Assembly (NCBI GenBank): GCA_021791445.1
Contig: JAJYWO010000010.1
Coordinates: forward strand, 1,304-65,303
Direction of reading: 5' to 3'
From: a bacterium
Lineage (GTDB): Bacteria; Patescibacteriota; Minisyncoccia; UBA6257; UBA9933
Length of the DNA: 64,000 nt
Shown here in pieces: positions 47,281 to 54,407 of this stretch. Each line of letters opens with the position of its first letter. Position 1 is the stretch's first letter. Under the pieces are notes generated by a model, which saw only the letters and a list, made by a program, of their open reading frames with translations, made no database searches and had not been told where the DNA came from. A program made the translations under genes and the position numbers.

Positions 47281-47469
47281 AAGAATTAAGAAAAATATGG
47301 AACCTAAAATAAATTTTTGGGAATTTTGCGCGCGTGTATACGAAATTTACAAGTATATAATAATTACCGGGTTTAGTTAGTTTAGTTATGGACTTATTCC
47401 CGCCAGAGGCGGACAGGCGCGCGAATAGTGGAATAATAAGAAATAAAATAAAAAATTTGTAAAATGAAT

Positions 47470-47600
47470 CGCGGGCTTGACTTTTGGGGTGAGATATGCT
47501 TATATAAATATAGTTTAAACACGGGATTGAACTTTGAAAAACATTCGTCATAGACGGATAAAATGATAGATAGAAAATTTTAGATAAGGAGGATAAGGAG
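47470..47600 (+). promoter_or_regulatory. Conserved promoter + 5' leader element, copy 1 of 3: cgcgggcTTGACTtttggggtgagatatgcTTATATAaat, a leader hairpin (cgtc-ata-gacg), ggataaaatgatagatagaaaa, then the SD ggaggataaggag
   Basis: Near-identical ~45-nt promoter core in all three copies. The leader hairpin shows compensatory changes between copies (cgtc/gacg vs ccgcc/ggcgg vs cagcgg/ccgctg). Confidence 0.75.
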
Positions 47601-48641
47601 ATGAATGAAATTTCCACGATAAAATTAATGTGGTTAACTGTTAATCGCGAATGTAATTTCCGTTGTAATTGGTGTTATGCGGCAGGAAGCGAATATCAGG
47701 CAAAAGATGAAATGTCTTTGCCGTTCGCTCTTGATCTTCTTGAAATTGCAAAACAACTTGGGATTGGCAAGTTATTTCTAATCGGGGGAGAGCCAACCCT
47801 TTGGCCTTATTTGTTTGATTTTAATGACGCGATGATATCCGCTAAAATAAAATCTACGCTTGTAACTAATGCGTATAGATTTTCTAGCGATAGGTTTTGG
47901 AGGAAATACATTGAGCATCCAAATACCCATATAGGCGCTTCATTTAAAGCTTTTAATCCGAAAAGTTTGATTGAGAATACAAAGGCCACTGCATTCGCCG
48001 ATGTTACAAAAGGTCTTCAAAGAGTTTTTGAATATCAACCAAATAGTATAGCCAGTTTTGTGTATTCACGGCCATATGTGTCTCATTTCCTGGATATGAT
48101 GAAATATGCCGTTGACTGCGGAGCATTTGGTGTGTCTGTGAATTTTTGTTCTCCGGCTATACACAAAGACCGCATAGATGATAAATTCTTAATTGATATT
48201 GACGTATTAGTTAAGGAAATAATATCTACTTATGAAGAAGCGCATGCGATTACGGGCGGTCGTCTTGTGTTTGTTATGAAACACCCTCTTTGTATTTGGC
48301 CTAAAGATTTTATTCAAATTTTGAAAGACAGGGGGCAGATTTCAACCACATGTCACCTCCAACATCAATCAGGGGGCATTATTGATACAGACGGTTCATT
48401 GTTAATTTGCAACAGCATGTTTGGCTTCCCCGTTGGCAGATACGGACAGGATTTTAAATCTGCCGAGTCGCTGGCAACTTTTTTTGGATCAAAGCAAATG
48501 AGAAATTACTTTGCTCAAGTAAGGGCGTATCCTTCCAAGAAGTGCATTGATTGTGAAGTCTTTGAAGACTGTTCAGGGGGTTGTCCATTGTTGTGGACAG
48601 TGTATTCGCCTGACAGCGTAATTACAGGGTGGTCAAAGTAG
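47601..48641 (+). CDS. Radical SAM enzyme with a C-terminal SPASM domain (peptide-modifying maturase type)
   Basis: CNFRCNWC (Cx3Cx2C) near the N-terminus and C-terminal CIDCEVFEDCSGGC (Cx2Cx5Cx3C), plus upstream CHLQH...ICNS auxiliary Cys. Confidence 0.85.
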   Translation: MNEISTIKLMWLTVNRECNFRCNWCYAAGSEYQAKDEMSLPFALDLLEIAKQLGIGKLFLIGGEPTLWPYLFDFNDAMISAKIKSTLVTNAYRFSSDRFWRKYIEHPNTHIGASFKAFNPKSLIENTKATAFADVTKGLQRVFEYQPNSIASFVYSRPYVSHFLDMMKYAVDCGAFGVSVNFCSPAIHKDRIDDKFLIDIDVLVKEIISTYEEAHAITGGRLVFVMKHPLCIWPKDFIQILKDRGQISTTCHLQHQSGGIIDTDGSLLICNSMFGFPVGRYGQDFKSAESLATFFGSKQMRNYFAQVRAYPSKKCIDCEVFEDCSGGCPLLWTVYSPDSVITGWSK

Positions 48642-48642
48642 A

Positions 48643-49365
48643 TTGACCATAACGAATCCTCTGGCGCATCGTAACGCGTCAGAGGATTTTTTTGCTAAAT
48701 CGAAAATTATAAGTTATATTAATAAAATCATGCTTGTTATACCCATAAAATTTCAATTTAATATTGAATCCGAGGTGCGCAGAGTAAGGGAGACTCTTGA
48801 TAATTTTAAATGGCTTACCAAAAATAATTACAGGTTTCTTTTGCCGAACGGCATAAAGGATTCTAAAGACATAAAAATAGAAATGATTAGAAAGTTAGTG
48901 GAAGATGAGTATGACTTGAATATTTATCAGATTGCCGAGAGCGCCATTTTAAAATCATGGGAAGGGAACAGTGGTTTAATGAGAAAAATTAACCAAAAGA
49001 TGAATGGTTCGTATATGTTGGATGAGGTCACTGTAATTTTAACCAGATATGGCACTCAGGGAAGCTATATGACACCTAATTCAGCGATTATAAATATTTC
49101 TAATATTCCTTCCGAGTTTCTAATTAAAACTGTTATACACGAGTCCTTGCATTTAATGATTGAACATTTAATCAAAAAATATTCAGTTGAGCATTGGGTT
49201 AAGGAACGTATAGTAGATTTAATAATGGATTTTGAATATAAATCTCGTTTTAAAATGCAGTCTGCGCCTAATTGGGTTTTTATTACAGATGAGATATTTA
49301 AAGGGTATTATCCGGATATGAATTTAATAATAGAAGGGGCAGCTAAAATTTTTCCTGATAAGTAA
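48643..49365 (+). CDS. HExxH-motif protein (putative zinc metallopeptidase), paralog 1 of 3
   Basis: TVIHESLHLMIEH. Translationally coupled to the rSAM gene, with a 1-nt gap. Confidence 0.6.
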   Translation: MTITNPLAHRNASEDFFAKSKIISYINKIMLVIPIKFQFNIESEVRRVRETLDNFKWLTKNNYRFLLPNGIKDSKDIKIEMIRKLVEDEYDLNIYQIAESAILKSWEGNSGLMRKINQKMNGSYMLDEVTVILTRYGTQGSYMTPNSAIINISNIPSEFLIKTVIHESLHLMIEHLIKKYSVEHWVKERIVDLIMDFEYKSRFKMQSAPNWVFITDEIFKGYYPDMNLIIEGAAKIFPDK

Positions 49366-49383
49366 TTTGCTGTGTATAAAAAA

Positions 49384-49420
49384 AGCCCTCAGCACATTTA
49401 ATTAAAAAATGTGCCGAGGG
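49384..49420. terminator. Bidirectional terminator gccctcagcacattt-aattaaa-aaatgtgccgaggg
   Basis: 14-15-bp stem with a T-run on the minus strand and A/T on the plus strand. Sits between convergent genes. Confidence 0.75.
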
Positions 49421-49445
49421 TTGTCGTTTCGGATGGAGATATTCT

Positions 49446-49607
49446 CTCACTCGTCTGCACAGTCGCAATTGCATTCGCATGCTCCCCAGCCGCCATCACA
49501 ATTACTGGTTATACAGTCACAATCACCGCGGATTTGAGGGGAAAAGCCTTTGACGCTTCTCGTGCATGGTATTTCCGTTGTCTTAAGGAATCTAACGAAT
49601 TTATCCA
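49446..49607 (-). CDS. Unannotated 53-aa Cys/Asp-rich precursor-like peptide (SCIFF/ranthipeptide-like): VDKFVRFLKTTEIPCTRSVKGFSPQIRGDCDCITSNCDGGWGACECNCDCADE
   Basis: Minus strand: SD AAAGGAGGTGA, 7 nt, GTG start, 8 Cys concentrated in the C-terminal 24 residues, stop followed by a strong terminator. A TTGTAT-17-TAATAT promoter lies upstream. The plus-strand ORF 49411..49692 on the opposite strand is judged spurious. Confidence 0.7.
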
Positions 49608-49681
49608 CTATTTCTCACCTCCTTTCTATTTGAATTTTCTAATAAAAATATTAACATTATTTTTTGATTTATACAATAACC

Positions 49682-49906
49682 CTATTTTTTAAGATCTTCA
49701 AATAATTTAGTATTTTTTGGATTATTCAGATAATGTTTAAAATGTTTTATTTCGTCGACTAAAATCTTTTCAAATTTACTTATCCAGATTTTATTAAAAC
49801 GCGGTTGAAATATTTCAAAAATTTTTTTAAATTCGTCTTTTTTGACAAGTCCTTCCAATTCGTTCCAAGCTTCTTTTTCCGGATATGTAAAAAATATCTG
49901 TCCCAA
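49682..49906 (-). CDS. Small hypothetical Lys/Glu-rich protein (74 aa), upstream of the precursor peptide. It overlaps the 5' end of 49842..50618 on the other strand, so one of the two starts is wrong
   Basis: ORF with plausible composition. No motif recognised. Confidence 0.35.
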   Translation of the reverse strand: MGQIFFTYPEKEAWNELEGLVKKDEFKKIFEIFQPRFNKIWISKFEKILVDEIKHFKHYLNNPKNTKLFEDLKK

Positions 49907-50618
49907 ATATTTTGACTATTGTGATGATGGCAGGAATTTGGAATGGGCGATTTTGAGAAAATATCCGGAATTTAAAAAATATAAAAGAAATAAATTAGAT
50001 GTCAATGAAAAGCAAATTTCAATATTTGTAAATTCTATTTATCAAAAGAACAATAAAATAATCAGAAAAAATCTTGATTTATATAAAAAAAGTTGGGCGA
50101 AACTGGGGAAAGACTATTTTGTTTTAGTTAGCCAGATTTTCGGCGATTATAAATGGCCATTAGGAAAATATATTGTTTATCTGACAATTTGGGGGATGCA
50201 CCCGCGTTTTTTAGAAGATAAAACTTTTCAAATCCCTTTTCGCCATAAGAATGAAAAATATATAAATGTGATTATTGCCCACGAAATGCTTCATTTTATA
50301 TTTTATGATTATTTTTATAATAAATTTCCCCAATATAAATCAAACAAATACAATTTTTTCGTATGGAACATATCGGAAATTTTTAACAATATAGCGCAGG
50401 ATTCTCCGCAATGGATTAAAATTTTTAAAGCTAAATCTATGCCTTATCCGGAACATAAAAAAATAGTGAATAAATTAAAGAAAAAATTTTATAAAAAAAG
50501 CGTTATTATAGCTAAAGATTTAATAAAAGAAATTATAAAAAATAAAGATTTTTTACCAATTTTCGCGGGCTTGACTTTTGGGGTGAGATATGCTTATATA
50601 AATATAATTAAGGGATAG
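49842..50618 (+). CDS. HExxH-motif protein, paralog 2 of 3. The TTG start from the track is uncertain. Its C-terminus is translated through the conserved promoter element of the next operon
   Basis: NVIIAHEMLHFIFYDY. The C-terminus FAGLTFGVRYAYINI is encoded by the cgcgggcttgacttttgggg... promoter repeat. Confidence 0.55.
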   Translation: MTSPSNSFQASFSGYVKNICPKYFDYCDDGRNLEWAILRKYPEFKKYKRNKLDVNEKQISIFVNSIYQKNNKIIRKNLDLYKKSWAKLGKDYFVLVSQIFGDYKWPLGKYIVYLTIWGMHPRFLEDKTFQIPFRHKNEKYINVIIAHEMLHFIFYDYFYNKFPQYKSNKYNFFVWNISEIFNNIAQDSPQWIKIFKAKSMPYPEHKKIVNKLKKKFYKKSVIIAKDLIKEIIKNKDFLPIFAGLTFGVRYAYINIIKG

Positions 50619-50691
50619 TTCTTAAAAACAAACAGCGGTTTTCAGCCGCTGAAAAATAAGATAGAAAAATTTAGAAATGAGGAGGTAAATC
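50561..50691 (+). promoter_or_regulatory. Conserved promoter + leader element, copy 2 (TTGACT at 50571-50576). Leader hairpin cagcgg-ttttcag-ccgctg, then aaaataagatagaaaa, then SD gaggaggtaa
   Basis: See copy 1. Confidence 0.75.
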
Positions 50692-51999
50692 ATGTTATAT
50701 CAGACACTTTCGGCACCAATAAATTGCCAGATAGAGCTTACGACTTCTTGTAGTCATAATTGTTCTCATTGCTATAATTTCTGGCGGAAGGATATTGAAA
50801 GAGTCAATAATTTTCTTAAAGAAACAGATGTTAGTAAAATTATACGGAAAATAGCGGACGCAAAAGTATTTGATATCATAATTACCGGCGGTGAGCCGTT
50901 AATAAAATATGATATTCTCATACATTGTATTAAGGAGGCGCGAAGCGCAGGATTGGGCATTTCTTTGAATTCAAATTTAGTTTCGTTAACCAGGGCTCGC
51001 GCGCGCGAATTGCGTTCTTTGGGTATAAAACAAATACTCACGTCTTTAATGGGTCCATCAGCGGAAATACATGATAAAATTGCCCAATCAAAAGGGTCAT
51101 TTGAAAGAGTTGTGAGAAATATACAATTAGCCAATGAAGAAAAGATTAATATTGTCGCCAATATGGTAGTTTCAAAAATTAATCTTTCTTTTGTTAGGGA
51201 CACGGCAAAGTTTGTTTCTTCTATTGGAATTAAGAAGTTTGCGGCTACCAAAGCGGGATGTCCGGGAAATTGTTTCGATTTCTCGCAATTCTCATTATCA
51301 AAAGAAGAATTTAAGAAATATTTACAAGATTTACAAGAAGTTGGCGAAGAGCTCGGTATTGCAATTGATGCGCTTGAGGGATATCCATTGTGTGGAATCG
51401 GCGACCTTAATCGTTATTATTCATTTATTGGAAGGAAATGTTATGCTGGCGTAACTACGATAACTATTGCCAGCGATGGCGAAGTTAGACCATGTTCCCA
51501 TCTTGATGTTTCGTATGGAAATTTACTTACAAAAGATTTGGCGGAGATTTGGACACGCATGGCTCCATGGAGAAATGGCGCATACTTACCAAATACTTGT
51601 AAAAGTTGTAAAATTTTACATGTGTGCGGTGGCGGTTGTCGTATGGAGGCGAAGATGCGCAGCGGGAATATTTCAGGAATGGATCCGTACAGTATGCCCA
51701 ACGATATTGAAAAGAGTTTATATTCACTTCAAGAACATCAGAAAAATATGTTTTATAAGGCGCCATTGAAAAATTTTGAAATAAGGCCTTATCGCTATCG
51801 ACATGAATCTTTTGGAGCCGTTGTTCTTGTGGGGAAATCTCGAGCATTTCTAAGTGCAACCGGTCTTAAACTCTTTAAGCAGTTTGAAATATCGTCTACG
51901 TATTCATTACAAGACGAAAGAATTCAGTGGGGCGCTTTGAATCCGGTCGATTTTATTCGCGGCCTTATTCAAAGAGGAATCGCTGTTGGAAAACAGTGA
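50692..51999 (+). CDS. Radical SAM enzyme with a SPASM domain, second maturase
   Basis: CSHNCSHC (Cx3Cx2C) and C-terminal CKSCKILHVCGGGC (Cx2Cx5Cx3C), plus CGIGD...C auxiliary cluster residues. Confidence 0.85.
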   Translation: MLYQTLSAPINCQIELTTSCSHNCSHCYNFWRKDIERVNNFLKETDVSKIIRKIADAKVFDIIITGGEPLIKYDILIHCIKEARSAGLGISLNSNLVSLTRARARELRSLGIKQILTSLMGPSAEIHDKIAQSKGSFERVVRNIQLANEEKINIVANMVVSKINLSFVRDTAKFVSSIGIKKFAATKAGCPGNCFDFSQFSLSKEEFKKYLQDLQEVGEELGIAIDALEGYPLCGIGDLNRYYSFIGRKCYAGVTTITIASDGEVRPCSHLDVSYGNLLTKDLAEIWTRMAPWRNGAYLPNTCKSCKILHVCGGGCRMEAKMRSGNISGMDPYSMPNDIEKSLYSLQEHQKNMFYKAPLKNFEIRPYRYRHESFGAVVLVGKSRAFLSATGLKLFKQFEISSTYSLQDERIQWGALNPVDFIRGLIQRGIAVGKQ

Positions 52000-52033
52000 T
52001 TATGTAAAAATATCTCAAAAGGAGGTAATCGCT

Positions 52034-52162
52034 ATGCCAAAAGATGACGGTTTTGTTTCATTCGTTCAAATAGAAAAAAACCAAACAGAAAATCTTACGG
52101 CTGTTCAAAACTGCGACTGTTATGATTGCGACTACAACTGCGAAGAGTGCGATAGCAAATGA
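52034..52162 (+). CDS. Unannotated 42-aa Cys/Asp-rich precursor-like peptide: MPKDDGFVSFVQIEKNQTENLTAVQNCDCYDCDYNCEECDSK
   Basis: SD AAAGGAGGTAA 7 nt before the ATG, directly downstream of the rSAM stop. Five Cys in the last 16 residues, with a CDC motif shared with peptide A. A terminator follows. Confidence 0.75.
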   Translation: MPKDDGFVSFVQIEKNQTENLTAVQNCDCYDCDYNCEECDSK

Positions 52163-52184
52163 TCATAGATCATTTGTTGATCTC

Positions 52185-52214
52185 AAAGAGATAAAGGATT
52201 TCCTTTATCTCTTT
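52185..52214. terminator. Bidirectional terminator aaagagataaagga-ttt-cctttatctcttt plus a T run
   Basis: 13-14-bp stem. Sits between precursor B (+) and the HExxH paralog 3 (-). Confidence 0.75.
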
Positions 52215-53080
52215 TTTATTTGGATCGGTTTTTGATATTTAAGTAGAATATGCGGTTTTTTATATAATTGATTTCCATAGCGGTTCCAAACGGCGCGTTT
52301 TTTTGAAAAATCTTTATTAATTGGCAAAAGAATATTTAATATTTCTTGCAGGAAAGTTTTAAAAGTTTTTTTATTTTTTATTTTTATAATTTGATAATAT
52401 TCATTAATAAATTCAGTAAAAGAAATAATTACGCCATCGGACTTTTTAATTTGCAGGTCGCGAATTTCCGGATTGCCTTGATAATTTTTTAATTTAAGAA
52501 TTTTATTAAGAGGTTTTTGGTTAAGCAATACGGCGGTCAAAGTTTCTTTAAAATAGTTTTTAAAATCTTCTGGGACTTTTTTTCGTTTCAATTTTTTAAG
52601 AAAATTAAAAAGAATGAAATGCGATATTTCATGGATAGCAATAAAAAGAATATCTCTGCCACCTTTTCTTTTTATCTGTTCAAGAATTGAAAAATAAAAA
52701 ACATTGTTGCCAAAAGGAGAAAATGGAAGAATTGTCGGCATGGCTGTGTAGTCGGGGTGATTTTTTGGCCATTGATAATCCATTAATTTCGCCAATTTGA
52801 TGAGCGCTTTTTTTTCTTTTTCTTTTAATATTTTTTTCGATTGAACAATAATTTTTTTGATTTTTTTATCGTTTTTTTTATAAAAATCTTTAATGAATTC
52901 TTTTATAATAGTTTTTTCTTTATTTTTATTTTTCTCTGTTTTTAACAAAATTTCCAATTCGGGAAAGGATTTAAAAATAATAAATTTATGTTGAGGATAA
53001 TAATGATGGTGTAAAAATTTTAAAAATAGATCAACTTCTTTATTTAAGTCATATGTAATTTTAATAGAAGGAATTTTCAT
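52205..53080 (-). CDS. HExxH-motif protein, paralog 3 of 3
   Basis: LFIAIHEISHFILFNF, Lys-rich, 291 aa. SD aaaggaaa lies upstream of the ATG at 53080. Confidence 0.55.
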   Translation of the reverse strand: MKIPSIKITYDLNKEVDLFLKFLHHHYYPQHKFIIFKSFPELEILLKTEKNKNKEKTIIKEFIKDFYKKNDKKIKKIIVQSKKILKEKEKKALIKLAKLMDYQWPKNHPDYTAMPTILPFSPFGNNVFYFSILEQIKRKGGRDILFIAIHEISHFILFNFLKKLKRKKVPEDFKNYFKETLTAVLLNQKPLNKILKLKNYQGNPEIRDLQIKKSDGVIISFTEFINEYYQIIKIKNKKTFKTFLQEILNILLPINKDFSKKRAVWNRYGNQLYKKPHILLKYQKPIQIKKR

Positions 53081-53120
53081 GTTAAAATTTTATCAAATTT
53101 CCTTTATTTTATCCAATTTT

Positions 53121-53255
53121 CGCGGACTTGACTTTTGGGGCGAGATATGCTTATATAAATACAATTTAAGCAAGGGGTTGGACTTTGAAAAACATCCGCC
53201 ATGGGCGGATAAAATGATAGATAGAAAAAATTCAGAAAAATAGGAGGATAAGGAG
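53121..53255 (+). promoter_or_regulatory. Conserved promoter + leader element, copy 3 (TTGACT at 53128-53133). Leader hairpin ccgcc-atg-ggcgg, ggataaaatgatagatagaaaa, SD ggaggataaggag
   Basis: See copy 1. Confidence 0.75.
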
Positions 53256-53747
53256 ATGACGAAGAATATTATAGGATTTCTGTTAGTTTTCTGCATTTTC
53301 GCCATTGGCGCAAATTTAATGGCGGAAGAGGATTATGGTAATGTTGGCCCGACGTTAAAGGATTTCATTATTGCTAAAGAAGGAGATAATTTGAGGCTCA
53401 GCTTCTCTTTCTTTAACGTCAAAGGCGGGTTGGCTGCAGCCACTTTCACAGTTGGTTATGTTATTGAAAGGGGTGAGTCGACCATAGAGTCAAATGTGAT
53501 GACCAATCTCGGAATTGCTCCGGATTTGGCGAAGGTGTCTAAATTAAAGTCAAAAATAGACATTTTCCAAATTGAAACCGGTGAATTTCAAGTTGTCATT
53601 CCGTGGCTCCGGGCCCAGAGTATCAAAGATTTGGAGTTAAAATCAGGCGATAAGATTAAATATCTTATCTACTTGACGGATAAGAACGGCAGAAAATCAA
53701 ACACCGTCTTCTGTGAATATTTATTCATAGAAGAATGGAACATTTAA
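53256..53747 (+). CDS. Secreted hypothetical protein (signal peptide)
   Basis: MTKNIIGFLLVFCIFAIGANLMA signal. Confidence 0.5.
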   Translation: MTKNIIGFLLVFCIFAIGANLMAEEDYGNVGPTLKDFIIAKEGDNLRLSFSFFNVKGGLAAATFTVGYVIERGESTIESNVMTNLGIAPDLAKVSKLKSKIDIFQIETGEFQVVIPWLRAQSIKDLELKSGDKIKYLIYLTDKNGRKSNTVFCEYLFIEEWNI

Positions 53748-53769
53748 CCAAAAAAACAGGAGAATTGAA

Positions 53770-54297
53770 ATGAGAAAGATAATGATGGTAGGAATGCTGC
53801 TGGTATTTGCAATGCTGGCAGTGGGATGCGCGGGGATGATGGGGGAAAGCGGCATAAGGAATAAAATGATAAATATCACTAACGTTGATAGTGCCAATAA
53901 TAATGTGATATACTACTCACCAATTCTCTATGATAATGGTTTTACTCGTTGGAACGTTGTTACCAATGAACGCCTTAAAAACCCGGGTAAATATCATTTA
54001 GAGTTTAAAAAAATTCTTGTAAAAGAGATAGAAAGGGTTTTTAAAGAAAGGGGGTATGCTCTGGTTGAAAAAAATCCTCCCTCAAATTCTAATTCAATCT
54101 ATATTGAATTAAGAATCTCTTTATGGGGGAAAGAATCTCATCCCAGAGGAGTTAGTGGCACAAGATGGTTAGTCTATCAAGGAGACAAGCTCGCTTTTGA
54201 AATTTATTACTGGACATTCGGCACCTACGATGAAATGGCAAAAATTCTTGCAAATAAAGCGACGGACAGTCTTCTCGATGAAATAAAGAGAAAATAA
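53770..54297 (+). CDS. Hypothetical lipoprotein (lipobox LAVGC)
   Basis: MRKIMMVGMLLVFAMLAVGCAG. Confidence 0.55.
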   Translation: MRKIMMVGMLLVFAMLAVGCAGMMGESGIRNKMINITNVDSANNNVIYYSPILYDNGFTRWNVVTNERLKNPGKYHLEFKKILVKEIERVFKERGYALVEKNPPSNSNSIYIELRISLWGKESHPRGVSGTRWLVYQGDKLAFEIYYWTFGTYDEMAKILANKATDSLLDEIKRK

Positions 54298-54407
54298 TTA
54301 TCTTGTTCAGGCCCCATTAAATATCAAAGATTGGGGCCTGTTTTATTATTTTAGTTATCCACAGGCATTGTCTTGTAATAAATTTTTAATTTGTTAAAAT
54401 TATAATA

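Noticed and set aside
49411-49692. Plus-strand 93-aa ORF from the six-frame track
   Set aside because: Odd composition and no ribosome-binding site. The opposite strand carries a peptide gene with a promoter, strong SD, a GTG start and a terminator. The plus-strand ORF is treated as its shadow.
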